A stretch of DNA of 64,000 nucleotides. It comes from Candidatus Aenigmatarchaeota archaeon (GTDB taxonomy: Archaea > Aenigmatarchaeota > Aenigmatarchaeia > QMZP01 > JAFGSV01). Under the pieces are notes generated by a model. That model was not told the DNA's origin. It saw only the letters and a program-made list of their open reading frames with translations, and did no database searches. Position numbers and translations under genes: made by a program. The DNA is taken from positions 44,373 to 108,372 of the forward strand of contig JAFGSV010000012.1 in assembly GCA_016934325.1 (NCBI GenBank). The letters run 5' to 3'. Below are positions 28,167 through 38,106 of the stretch, piece after piece (the stretch's first letter is position 1; every line of letters starts with the position of its first letter).

Positions 28167-30413
28167 ATGGCGGCCGGAGACTACGAGTATGACGAGAATG
28201 AGCAGAGGCTGAAGATCAACTGCCTTGGGTGCATATACGGGGCCAGCATAGAGGACTTCGCGGGGTGCATGACGAGGGTGATCGACAAGATCCTGGAAGT
28301 CAAGAAGGTCAAGACTATAGTCCTGGCGAAGGACAGGGAGTACGAGTACGGCCCCGAGCAGACCGCGATACTCGTGGAGATAGCCCGGGTCATCGAGGAG
28401 GTCGTCAGGGAGAAGCTGATGACCAAGGTTCCTGTCAGGGACAGCCTGCAGAAGAGGATGCTGCCCGAATTCAACAGCAGGCTGCAGAGGATAATACTCA
28501 ACCTGCTCAGGAGCGACCCCATAGGCGCGTACGTCGAGCTCGTGCGGGAGATACGCCGCGTCAGGATAAAGATGAAGGAGACCCGCTACAGGGGCGCCTA
28601 CGACTTCTACAGGGATTTCGAGAGGGACGTCCTCGGGGTGATAAAGGCCAAGCTCGAGAACACCCAGCTGATAAAGCTGGCCAGGCCCCACATGGCAGGC
28701 TACCACATCGGCGACAGGTCGCTCTACAGGGAGATATTCGTCCCGAGCATAAGGCCCAACTTCATGCTCACCAGGTACATGATAACGCCGCCCGAGAACG
28801 GGAAGTCCGTGGAGAGGTACAAGATCGGGGACATAGAGGTCGAGATATTCAAGCTGCCCGACAGCGCTTCGTATTTCTACTACGTGCTGCCCCCGGAGTT
28901 CACGCTTTCTGAGGAGAAGTACGCGGTGCTGGACGCCGCCAGGAGGTACATGGCCACCCACAAGCCAAAGTCGGCGGAGTTCGTCAAGACGGGGCGGATC
29001 AGGGAGGTGTTCTACAACATAGGCAAGGACATGATCCGGGAGGTCGCGGACCAGCAGGGGATAAACCTGACGAACAGCGACCTCGAGCAGCTCTCGGTCA
29101 TTCTGACGAGGTACACGGCCGGTATGGGTGTGCTCGAGATACTCCTCTCGGACGAGAAGATCCAGGACATCTACATCAACTCCCCTGTGGAGTCGCAGCC
29201 CATACTGGTCTTCCACAACGACTACGAGGAGTGCAGGACGAACCTCATACCCACCCAGGGCGACGCGGAATCGTGGGCGACGAGGCTCAGGCTGCAGTCG
29301 GGCAGGCCCCTCGACGAGGCGAACCCCGTTCTCGATACCGACATCGCGGTCCCGGGAGGGAAGGCGAGGTTCTGCGTGATCACCAACACCCTGTCCCCGC
29401 ACGGGCTTGGGTTCTCCATAAGGAGGCACAGGGACAAGCCCTGGACGCTGCCCCTTTTCATAAAGGCTAAGATGCTCGACCCACTCGGGGCGGGCCTGCT
29501 CTCATTCCTTATTGACGGCACGGCGAGCCTGCTGGTCGCGGGCGGCAGGGGGGCGGGAAAGACCTCGCTCCTGGCGTCGCTCATGCTGGAGATGCTTCCC
29601 AAGACGAGGATGGTCGTCATCGAGGACACGCTGGAGCTTCCCGTGGACCAGCTCAGGAGCCTGGAATACAACATTGAGAGCCTGAAGTCGAGGTCCGTCC
29701 TCACCATGATAGAGACGGAGATGGCCAGCGACGAGGCTCTTAGGACCGCGCTGAGGCTGGGGGACTCTGCTCTGATTCTGGGGGAGGTCAGGAGTACAGA
29801 AGCGAAAGCACTCTACGAGGCCATGCGGATCGGGGCGCTCTCGAACGTCGTGGTCGGGACCATCCACGGGGAATCGGCCTACGGGGTCTTCGACAGGGTC
29901 GTGAACGACCTGGGAGTCCCCATGACGTCGTTCAAGGCCACCGACATAATCCCCGTTTGCAAGACGCTAAGGTCGGCGGACGGACTGCACAGGTTCAGGA
30001 GGATGACGGAGATAACCGAGGTCAGGAAGAAATGGGACACCAACCCCGACAAGGAGGGCGGCTTCGTCAACCTGATGGAGTACTCCGCGAAGGAGGACAA
30101 GCTCAAGCCGACCGATACCCTGGTGAACGGGGAGTCGGAGACGATAAACAGGATCGCCAGCTACGTGAGGGAGTGGCACGGGGACTGGCAAACCGTATGG
30201 GAGAACATAAACCTGAGGGCCAAGGTGAAGAGCGCGATTGTCGACATGAGCATAAAGCTGCAGAGGCCTGAGCTGCTAGAGGCGGACTGGATCACCCGGT
30301 CGAACTCACATTTCCATATAATCTCAGAGAATATCATGAAGGAGACGGGCTCGGTCGATTCCAAGACAGTCTACAACGAGTGGCTCGCCTGGATGAAGCG
30401 AAGCCTCAGATGA
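28167..30413 (+). CDS. Type II/IV secretion / type IV pilus assembly ATPase (VirB11/TadA superfamily) with long N-terminal extension
   Basis: GMGVLEILLSD..IQDIYIN, SIRRH, Walker A GGRGAGKT, IEDTLEL, Walker B LILGEVR, GTIHG. Confidence 0.93.
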   Translation: MAAGDYEYDENEQRLKINCLGCIYGASIEDFAGCMTRVIDKILEVKKVKTIVLAKDREYEYGPEQTAILVEIARVIEEVVREKLMTKVPVRDSLQKRMLPEFNSRLQRIILNLLRSDPIGAYVELVREIRRVRIKMKETRYRGAYDFYRDFERDVLGVIKAKLENTQLIKLARPHMAGYHIGDRSLYREIFVPSIRPNFMLTRYMITPPENGKSVERYKIGDIEVEIFKLPDSASYFYYVLPPEFTLSEEKYAVLDAARRYMATHKPKSAEFVKTGRIREVFYNIGKDMIREVADQQGINLTNSDLEQLSVILTRYTAGMGVLEILLSDEKIQDIYINSPVESQPILVFHNDYEECRTNLIPTQGDAESWATRLRLQSGRPLDEANPVLDTDIAVPGGKARFCVITNTLSPHGLGFSIRRHRDKPWTLPLFIKAKMLDPLGAGLLSFLIDGTASLLVAGGRGAGKTSLLASLMLEMLPKTRMVVIEDTLELPVDQLRSLEYNIESLKSRSVLTMIETEMASDEALRTALRLGDSALILGEVRSTEAKALYEAMRIGALSNVVVGTIHGESAYGVFDRVVNDLGVPMTSFKATDIIPVCKTLRSADGLHRFRRMTEITEVRKKWDTNPDKEGGFVNLMEYSAKEDKLKPTDTLVNGESETINRIASYVREWHGDWQTVWENINLRAKVKSAIVDMSIKLQRPELLEADWITRSNSHFHIISENIMKETGSVDSKTVYNEWLAWMKRSLR

Positions 30414-30501
30414 CCAAGCTTCGCACCCGGCACTCATGCTGGTTCTTCCGCTTTCCGGATCCGGTTCCAACAAATTAAAGCTGCAAGCACAATTATTTAC
30501 C

Positions 30502-32613
30502 ATGGCTTTGTTCGGCAGGAAGAAGAGGGTGCATCGCCCCCAGTCCCCTTATCGCGGCGTGAGCATCCCCGAGCAGTCAAGGCGGATAAGCATAGAATCG
30601 AGGGAATACAGGATATACAAGAAGAGGGTCGAGAGGAAGCTCAGCTGGTACGAGAGGCTCGCAAGGGCATGCGAGAAGCTGCTGAAGGCTAGCTTCGACA
30701 AGAAGACCGAGGACGAGCTGGCGAAGGCGATAGACTTCACGGGCCTCAGGATATCCCCTCAGGCCCCTTTCTCGATCTTCATAATAATGGTATTCCTGTC
30801 CACCATCGCCTCTCTCTTCCTGTTCGCCTTCGCGGTCTTTACGAGCCCTTTCTACATAGTAGCCGCGGCGATAGGGGGGCTTGCCGTGGGGTACTACATG
30901 CTCAGGTATCCCATAAACCTCATGAAGTCCATGAGGATAAAGGCAAGCTCCCAGGTCGTCCTCGCGATACTGTACATGGTGGTCAGCATGAGGATCTCCC
31001 CCAACATGGAGAGGGCCCTGAGGTTCACCTCCTCCAACATAAGCGGGGCCCTTGCCTGGGACATGAGGCGGCTCATGTGGGACATCGAGATGGGGAAATA
31101 CTACTCGGCCAACGAGGCCACCACGGACTACATAGCGAAGTGGAAAGCGGAGAACGAGGAATTCTCGGAGGCGCTGAGGCTGATAAGGGAATCCCAGCGC
31201 CAGGTGCCCGGGACGGCGGAGAAGACGCTGGACGAGGCACTCAGGGTCGTCCTCGAGGGGACGAGGGACAGGATGAAGCGGTACGCGCAGGACCTGCAGA
31301 TGCCCGTAACCATGCTGCACATGATGGGGATCGTGATGCCGATCCTGGGTTCTGTCATGGCCCCCATGGTCGCGGTCTTCATGGCCGACTCCATAACCCC
31401 GTGGCATTTCATCCTGGGCTACAACATCGCCCTGCCGATAATGCTCCTGTGGTTCATAAACAACATTCTTAGCAAGAGGCCCGTCACCTTCTCGCAGGTG
31501 GACATATCGAAGCACCCCGAGCTGCCTCCCGCCGGCAGCTTCATGGTCAGGTCCAAGAGGAGCAGGGCGGCGATCCCCGTGTTCCCGCTGGCCCTGCTGC
31601 TGGGGCTGCTGTTGATACTCCCGAGCATCTACTACTTCTCCGAGCATCCCGAATACATGGTGATCCCGTCCAAGGTCGTCGACGGCAGCGTCGTCTTCGA
31701 GGACGTGGACGACCCCGACAGCCTGTTCTCGCTCACAATGTCCCTGCTCATAATCATCGGGGCGGGGGCTGCCATGGCCTTCTTCTTCATAGTCTCGAAC
31801 ATCCAGAGGTCGAGAATCGAGAATAGCGTGTACAAGATGGAGTCCGAGTTCGAGCTCGCCCTGTTCCAGCTGGGCAACAGGATATCCGGAGGGACACCTC
31901 TTGAGCTTGCGGTAGAGAAGGCCAGGGATGACGTCAAGGACCTCGAGATAGCCAACCTGTTCGAGCTGACGCTCAGAAACATGAAGACCTTCGGGATGAC
32001 GTTCGAGAACGCCCTGACGCACCCGAAGCTGGGCTCGCTCAGGTATTATCCGAGCAGGCTCATCCAGAACGTCATGAGGACGATAACCGACACGGCGAAG
32101 AGGGGGGTCCAGTTCGCTTCGGAGTCCATGCTTACGGTAAGCAGGTACCTGAAGAGCGTCAGGGAGACCCAGGAGTACATGAGGACCCTGATGGCGGAGA
32201 CGACCAGCAGCATGCAGTTCCAGGCCTACGCCATGGCCCCCCTGGTCAGCGGCCTGATAGTCGCCCTCTCGCAGGTCATCATCCAGGTGCTGGTGTTCCT
32301 GGGGAGGAGGCTGGACGACATAGGCTTCCAGGACGTCTTCGGCATAGACGCCACCAAGATACTCGGCTCATCGTCAGCCATAACGGCGCCCATGTTCCAG
32401 CTGATTATCGGCGTGTACCTGATCCAGGTGATAATGATAATCGCCATCTTCGTGACCAAGATAAACAGGGGCGAGGACAAGGTCATGCAGTGGTATTCGG
32501 CGGGGAAGATGATCATAGTGGCCCTGATGATCTACTTCCTGGTCGTCATTGGCAGCAGCATGATGTTCGGGAGCATGATAGAGGGCGCGATGGCGACGAT
32601 CGCTAGTTCATGA
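30502..32613 (+). CDS. Large TadC/PilC/FlaJ-like membrane platform protein
   Basis: Two T2SSF-like halves (MRISPNMERAL; LGNRISGGTPLELA), each followed by TM helices; directly after the ATPase. Confidence 0.82.
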   Translation: MALFGRKKRVHRPQSPYRGVSIPEQSRRISIESREYRIYKKRVERKLSWYERLARACEKLLKASFDKKTEDELAKAIDFTGLRISPQAPFSIFIIMVFLSTIASLFLFAFAVFTSPFYIVAAAIGGLAVGYYMLRYPINLMKSMRIKASSQVVLAILYMVVSMRISPNMERALRFTSSNISGALAWDMRRLMWDIEMGKYYSANEATTDYIAKWKAENEEFSEALRLIRESQRQVPGTAEKTLDEALRVVLEGTRDRMKRYAQDLQMPVTMLHMMGIVMPILGSVMAPMVAVFMADSITPWHFILGYNIALPIMLLWFINNILSKRPVTFSQVDISKHPELPPAGSFMVRSKRSRAAIPVFPLALLLGLLLILPSIYYFSEHPEYMVIPSKVVDGSVVFEDVDDPDSLFSLTMSLLIIIGAGAAMAFFFIVSNIQRSRIENSVYKMESEFELALFQLGNRISGGTPLELAVEKARDDVKDLEIANLFELTLRNMKTFGMTFENALTHPKLGSLRYYPSRLIQNVMRTITDTAKRGVQFASESMLTVSRYLKSVRETQEYMRTLMAETTSSMQFQAYAMAPLVSGLIVALSQVIIQVLVFLGRRLDDIGFQDVFGIDATKILGSSSAITAPMFQLIIGVYLIQVIMIIAIFVTKINRGEDKVMQWYSAGKMIIVALMIYFLVVIGSSMMFGSMIEGAMATIASS

Positions 32614-32712
32614 ACGCCCGCCGTAAACGCCATGTGATAAAATAGAACCGCGCGAATGAGAAAGTCAATCCATGGCCTTAGAATTGCGCTGATCAATGAC
32701 GCAAGCCAGTTC

Positions 32713-32739
32713 ACCAATCTGAATCTTACCAATCTGAAT
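32713..32739 (+). repeat. 12-bp direct repeat upstream of the giant pilin-like gene promoter
   Basis: ACCAATCTGAAT-ctt-ACCAATCTGAAT, immediately 5' of the TATTTATA box. Confidence 0.7.
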
Positions 32740-32777
32740 GATACTATTTATATTTCCGGGATAATATACATTTATCC

Positions 32778-35700
32778 ATGGGAATGAAATCCCAGATATC
32801 CTTTTTGTCAGGAACCCCGATGCAGCTGATCCTGGTCCTTATAGCGGCGATAGGATTCCTGGCATTCGTGACCCTTGGCGCAGGGAACATCACGCAGTTC
32901 TTGCGCGAGACGTGCGAGAAATACCCCGAACTGCCATTCTGTGGGGGGCTTGAAGCGGTCGAGGCTAGGGATTACCAGACCGCCAAGGCATCAACGGAAG
33001 CTCTGGTATGCGCAATAAATTCGGTTGCTCAGGGAAGCGAATGGCTAGGTGGCGGACAGATCGACTGTAATGAGTATTTCGGGAAATCTGGTCCAGTTGC
33101 CGTCCCAGACTCGGATTATGAGAGGATCGAAAAATCGATAAACGCCGGTCTGGGCGTGTTTGACGACGAAGGATGCAGGGACAGGTGCATCGAGGAATTG
33201 TGCCAGGGGATTCCGGGCTGCGAGGTTGAAAGCTCGACATACATTGAAACACTCAAGACGGTTGACGCCGGCCATGAAGGCGATGTCAATTATACCTCAA
33301 GGCGATGCGAATGCGTTGTAGGAATTTCCAATGACCCCAGAGTGAGTTGCGGACAAGAGGAAACAGAAAAATTCGAATACTATGCCGTTAGAGAAGCCGG
33401 GACCATCCTTGAGTGCGAATGCATTTACAGTGGAGGAAGTGAAAACATCATCAAATCAAAGGCCTTCGGCTTGACGAAGGAGCAGGCCGTGTATAACTGC
33501 CATGACTTAGCGAAAAGGGACGTCGAGATCCAGTGCGAAGAGATAAATATAGAGGATAGCCCTGGAGGAAATGCATGGTACCTCAGCATACAGGCCGATT
33601 CCGTAATATTAAAAGGGGAGATGAGGAGGGGTCTGTGCAAGCTGGACGGTGAAAGAGAGAAATTCCATGTATACGGATATGACGACACGAACGTATTTGC
33701 CCAATGCGATTATGACTATGACGCATCCAGATTCTCTATCAATCCCTGGCTGATAAACACCGCCGTCAGCAGGGAGGTTGTCAAATACGAGGATTTTACC
33801 GGCGAACTGATATTTTACAAGAAGGACTTCACGGGAAGGGTCCCCTATTACTATCAGGCAAATCAATTCGAATGCGCTTTGAGCAACTTCGAGTTACCGC
33901 AAGAGATTACTGATTGGGAAGAATGGGTGCCTTGGCACGGAGACCCCAGGTTTTTAATCTACTGGCAGAATTTCCCCGCCGAAGAAGACATGTGGACGAT
34001 GAAAACCAACTGGAAGTTATATGTTGTCTTAGGGATAATAAGCGTCTTGCCGGTCCTGAAATCCGCAAGGATAGTTGCTGGAACGGCTGCACGAGCGGTC
34101 TTGAGTAGAATTTTCAGTTCTCTTGGGAAGGAGGCCGCGGAGAATGTGATAAAAAAAGGCGTAACAACAAGTATGATAAAAAAGGCTTCTACGACGGCAG
34201 TGAAAAACATGATGAAAAAGGGGACTCTATCGAAAACGGTCGGTGGAGAAGTGTTAAGCAGACTTGGAAGGGCGAATATCAATAACGCCATGAAAGAAGC
34301 TGGTGGAGAATTGGCAGAGAGAATAGCAAGGACTTCTGTAGCACAGGCGCCCCAGATTGCTCAGGAATATGCGGTAGATGCCGCAGGAAGGGCACTGACG
34401 CAGGCGGGATTGTATGGCATACCCCAGGAAGCAGCTGAAAAGCTCATGAAAGAATCGGGAGAGGCCGCAAGCAGACAGGCATTGAAATATATGGGCGCAT
34501 ACGGAATGAGGGAACAGTTCGTCAAGCTAATAGGTGATAGGGTCGTGGGAAAAGAATTACCCTGGACAGCCTTGAAGTTTTCAACACTCGTAGGTGCCGC
34601 CAGGATAGCCGAGATAGCCGACAGTATGACACAAGCCAGATTTGAAGTTTTTCCGAACGAAATAGTGTTAAAAGAGGCCCTTGGAAGCCCGGATGAATTC
34701 GATCTCGTTGATGAAATGGATGGTTCACCGGTTCTCATTGTCGTTCCGAACAGGGAATCTAAGTATATATTGCCACAAGTTTTTGACACGGAGAAAACCT
34801 TCCATATGGCATCACCATGCTATCTCGAGTCAGTGACCGTTAGCGGGGTCGATGCCCGATGCTCCGAGTACACATACAACAGAGAAGAAGACGGCTCAAC
34901 TTTTACGAGTTGCGGCGGGGAAATCGAAATAACGGGCAAGGGAGAGCCGTGCGATATAAACCTCTATGGCATGAGCAATTTGGGCCCAATGGAATTCATC
35001 TACTACCTCCATGCCATACCGGACCCAATGTCAGTCATATACAATGATGAGAAAGCACTTGATGAAGGGAAGAATGCGTATGCACCGATTGAATACGAAG
35101 AAGATTGCCCGACGACAATACAATGCGGTAGCAATAACGTTTATTACCATTTTGATGGCACGGAATGGAAATGGAAATCTCCCAGCGCAAATATCGATGA
35201 TTACAGACCAGTGCAACAGGTTTCTGACACGGAATGGCAAAATCTTGAACAAAATTACGACTTCGAGACCGCACACTTCGATATTATGAACGGCTTGGCG
35301 GGCAAGAACTTCGAATCCGGTGTTTCCGTTATTCAATCAACCCTCAACAGCGACAAAGACACAAAAGGAGGCAAAACCAGTGACGACTATCTTATAATAC
35401 ACCAATTTAAGAAATCGCCGAGTGAAACGTCGCCTAGTGATAACTATAATAACCTGGCTGAAATAATGACAGAAGATGTCAGCATGAGCGCCGGTTATTA
35501 TATAATCCCATTCGCGGAAAGCACGCTTCTGTATTACAAACCGGAGCCCGAAACGCTCAAAATAGGTAAAGTCGAGGGAGATAAAATAACCACATACGAA
35601 CTCACGAAGGACAGCGAAAGTTACCTTCATAATGTGTACACGCCAGTGGATTTTGAAGACGTGGTTGACATTCAGAAGAGCAGCAGTACGAGATTGGGAG

Positions 35701-36239
35701 AAAGAACGGCTATTATCACAACTTTCAGGATTGATGTCCCTGACTGGTCAGACTCCTATGGCGGTGACATAACATGGGTCAATATAGAAATCAATAATCC
35801 GGACGAGAAAGCAATAGAGATAGAGCCTTCCAGCGTGAACGGCGGCATCTTCGCAACAATAACGCTTTCCGATGAAGGTGATAACGGCATACTCCATTCA
35901 ATCATAATCGAACAAGACGATAAGGCTAAAACGATGACAGATTTCAATTATGACATGGAGGGTTTTGATTACTACAACCTAAGGAACTGCATAAGCAAGG
36001 GCGTCATCGTTGAAATGGGTAAGAAGAAAGGCGACGCGACCAATTATTGCACGGGTGGCCTTTCTACAGGTAAAGCATGGCTTGAATATGGCGGTGACAT
36101 TGCACTTGTGGCAGGTGTGGTGGTCGGCACATGTTTAGGAGGATGGCCTGGCGCTGCGGTTGCTGCTGTTGGGGGTCTTATCGAAACGGGATCTGAATAC
36201 GCGAGCGAGAAAATGGGCGAATGGCCAAACTCCTGGTGA
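32778..36239 (+). CDS. Giant pilin-anchored protein (1153 aa): class III-like signal, Cys-rich domains, basic amphipathic helical core, C-terminal Gly-rich hydrophobic hairpin
   Basis: MGMKSQ followed by a hydrophobic helix; many Cys; central LGIISVLPVLKSARIVAGTAARAVLSR...; C-terminal GGDIALVAGVVVGTCLGGWPGAAVAAVGGL; more AT-rich than the core genes. Confidence 0.75.
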   Translation: MGMKSQISFLSGTPMQLILVLIAAIGFLAFVTLGAGNITQFLRETCEKYPELPFCGGLEAVEARDYQTAKASTEALVCAINSVAQGSEWLGGGQIDCNEYFGKSGPVAVPDSDYERIEKSINAGLGVFDDEGCRDRCIEELCQGIPGCEVESSTYIETLKTVDAGHEGDVNYTSRRCECVVGISNDPRVSCGQEETEKFEYYAVREAGTILECECIYSGGSENIIKSKAFGLTKEQAVYNCHDLAKRDVEIQCEEINIEDSPGGNAWYLSIQADSVILKGEMRRGLCKLDGEREKFHVYGYDDTNVFAQCDYDYDASRFSINPWLINTAVSREVVKYEDFTGELIFYKKDFTGRVPYYYQANQFECALSNFELPQEITDWEEWVPWHGDPRFLIYWQNFPAEEDMWTMKTNWKLYVVLGIISVLPVLKSARIVAGTAARAVLSRIFSSLGKEAAENVIKKGVTTSMIKKASTTAVKNMMKKGTLSKTVGGEVLSRLGRANINNAMKEAGGELAERIARTSVAQAPQIAQEYAVDAAGRALTQAGLYGIPQEAAEKLMKESGEAASRQALKYMGAYGMREQFVKLIGDRVVGKELPWTALKFSTLVGAARIAEIADSMTQARFEVFPNEIVLKEALGSPDEFDLVDEMDGSPVLIVVPNRESKYILPQVFDTEKTFHMASPCYLESVTVSGVDARCSEYTYNREEDGSTFTSCGGEIEITGKGEPCDINLYGMSNLGPMEFIYYLHAIPDPMSVIYNDEKALDEGKNAYAPIEYEEDCPTTIQCGSNNVYYHFDGTEWKWKSPSANIDDYRPVQQVSDTEWQNLEQNYDFETAHFDIMNGLAGKNFESGVSVIQSTLNSDKDTKGGKTSDDYLIIHQFKKSPSETSPSDNYNNLAEIMTEDVSMSAGYYIIPFAESTLLYYKPEPETLKIGKVEGDKITTYELTKDSESYLHNVYTPVDFEDVVDIQKSSSTRLGERTAIITTFRIDVPDWSDSYGGDITWVNIEINNPDEKAIEIEPSSVNGGIFATITLSDEGDNGILHSIIIEQDDKAKTMTDFNYDMEGFDYYNLRNCISKGVIVEMGKKKGDATNYCTGGLSTGKAWLEYGGDIALVAGVVVGTCLGGWPGAAVAAVGGLIETGSEYASEKMGEWPNSW

Positions 36240-36251
36240 GATGCTGGGTGG

Positions 36252-36437
36252 ATGCAGTTTAAAAAATACAAGAGAAGAATATCCATGGAATTCACGATAA
36301 GGACGATAGTGGTGCTTACCCTTCTTCTCGTAGCCACGTTGGTCTTTGCGGCCGTGATGCTCGGGTGGGGCTCCGAGTCGAGCGAATGGCTCACCGCGGT
36401 AATGAGCCCATTCCAGAACCTCGTCCTGAGGAGATAG
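36252..36437 (+). CDS. Small pilin-like protein (61 aa)
   Basis: Basic leader KKYKRR, then SMEFTIRTIVVLTLLLVATLVFAAVMLGW. Confidence 0.7.
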   Translation: MQFKKYKRRISMEFTIRTIVVLTLLLVATLVFAAVMLGWGSESSEWLTAVMSPFQNLVLRR

Positions 36438-36536
36438 CCCGGAAATCCAACCTTCACCACTTACAGGAACCCCTCTTTGGATAGCGAAACAGCGCAACAA
36501 GCATATTTTTAAGGGAGCTTGAACATAATTATAGTT

Positions 36537-36971
36537 ATGAAAGGATTGTCTCTTACCTTGACTATAGTCATCGTAGCCATTGTTCTTCTGGTGACAGCGC
36601 TCGTCGTGATGACAATCTTCGGCGGACAGATTGCTCAGTTCATAGGCATTCTGAATCCCTGGTCTGAGGCCATGCTCAAGCAGAGCCTGTGCAACCAGAA
36701 ATGTGCAGCCTATTGCCAGGGGCATGTAGGCATTTCCGAACCGGTTTCATGGAATACGATTGGGGAAATCGATGCACAATCTGAGCCTAAGAATTGTGGA
36801 ACAATAATGCAGGACATCAGCGAAAACTGCGTCTGCAGAGGCATACCCGTCGCGGGAACCGGCAAAAGCGAGGGCCAATCTTGCAGCGGAACAACGGATA
36901 CCAGTTGCGCTTCGCCACTGACTTGCAAGCCGAAAACACAAGGTTCAACGGAATACACGTGCCAGAAATAA
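36537..36971 (+). CDS. Pilin-like protein with Cys-rich head
   Basis: MKG|LSLTLTIVIVAIVLLVTALVVMTIFGG class III signal; ten Cys; own TTTTTAAG promoter. Confidence 0.8.
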   Translation: MKGLSLTLTIVIVAIVLLVTALVVMTIFGGQIAQFIGILNPWSEAMLKQSLCNQKCAAYCQGHVGISEPVSWNTIGEIDAQSEPKNCGTIMQDISENCVCRGIPVAGTGKSEGQSCSGTTDTSCASPLTCKPKTQGSTEYTCQK

Positions 36972-37048
36972 GCAAGAACATACTATTCCCTGGGCCAAGC
37001 ATTTCAGCAGCATTCGTTTTTTTTAATCAGCCCCGGCAATTATAATTC

Positions 37049-37177
37049 ATGAAGGGCGGATTCCCGGGAATGAATGCATGGCTATGGCTGATGCTTACCA
37101 TCATAGTGTGCGCCATTGCGATCTTCTGGGCAACCAGCAGGATTGGCCTTGTGGATTTCCCGAGCCTGCTGGGATGA
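37049..37177 (+). CDS. Micro pilin-like protein (42 aa; absent from the ORF track)
   Basis: MKGGFPGMNAWLWLMLTIIVCAIAIFWATSRIGLVDFPSLLG; TATA-like box ~25 nt upstream (leaderless). Confidence 0.6.
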   Translation: MKGGFPGMNAWLWLMLTIIVCAIAIFWATSRIGLVDFPSLLG

Positions 37178-37279
37178 TGAACCCCATGCGACCGAACCTA
37201 TTCTGCTCTTCTGTTCCATAGTCCGCTGAACCAAATTGAAATTCTTATTAAAATGGCGAAGGACATAGATTAATTAGGC

Positions 37280-37399
37280 ATGAAAAGGGTAAAGGGGCAG
37301 GTTTCGGAGATGGGATTCAGCATCGTGGAGATGCTGATAACGCTTGCGGTTATCGCGATAGTGATCGCGATAGTGTTGTGGCTGATAACCCCCAGTTAA
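37280..37399 (+). CDS. Micro pilin (39 aa; absent from the ORF track)
   Basis: MKRVKG|QVSEMGFSIVEMLITLAVIAIVIAIVLWLITPS; TTATTAAAA box at 37245. Confidence 0.72.
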   Translation: MKRVKGQVSEMGFSIVEMLITLAVIAIVIAIVLWLITPS

Positions 37400-37454
37400 A
37401 GGATTATCGTTCTTCCACACCCAAATTTAAGAGTCAACCAGCTAATTATTATAT

Positions 37455-38090
37455 ATGAGAAAGGGAGGAGGCATACTGCCCAAGCCGCTGCTTGCGGCAG
37501 CGATGCTTGCGCTTTTTGTTTTCGCGTTGGTCATGCTGTACTGGAGGCTGGAGCTCATCCTGACCAACCCGTGCTGGAGCGACGCGATGGAGAGGCTCAG
37601 GCCCATCGCGGAAAGCCCGTCAAGGGGCCTGTCAGCGACCATTATCCTTGACGGCGATTCCGAGACGGGGAACTGCCTGAGCAAGGTCGTGTTCACGCCG
37701 AGCCCTGATGCCTGTGAGGACGCGTGCGAGGATTACAAAGGCGATGAAGACCAGAAGCGGGCATGCCTGCAGAAATGCCAGGTCGAGCCAGGCGAATCGA
37801 AGAGCTTCGTAGTAGCCATTCCTGCCGTGAGGGAAGGTATACTGGGGAGCGGAAAGAAAGTGATTGACGCCGTTGCCAAGCGCAGCTTCTATTGGCTCTT
37901 CGACGGCAAGCCGATGGTATTTTCCCTGGAATGCGAGCTAGTCGATTTCGATGTACCAGCCAGAGAATGCACCCCCGAGGGCGACTCTTGGATATGCACG
38001 CCCGGTAATAAGAAGAGCCAGTACAATATCAGGGTCGTAAAAGACGGCGAAAGGACTTGCAGGATAGTCGAATCCACGGCCGTTTCGTAG
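37455..38090 (+). CDS. Pilin-like Cys-rich protein
   Basis: MRKG plus hydrophobic helix; multiple Cys; own AAATTTAAG promoter. Confidence 0.72.
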   Translation: MRKGGGILPKPLLAAAMLALFVFALVMLYWRLELILTNPCWSDAMERLRPIAESPSRGLSATIILDGDSETGNCLSKVVFTPSPDACEDACEDYKGDEDQKRACLQKCQVEPGESKSFVVAIPAVREGILGSGKKVIDAVAKRSFYWLFDGKPMVFSLECELVDFDVPARECTPEGDSWICTPGNKKSQYNIRVVKDGERTCRIVESTAVS

Positions 38091-38106
38091 CCATATTTTA
38101 TAGGCG

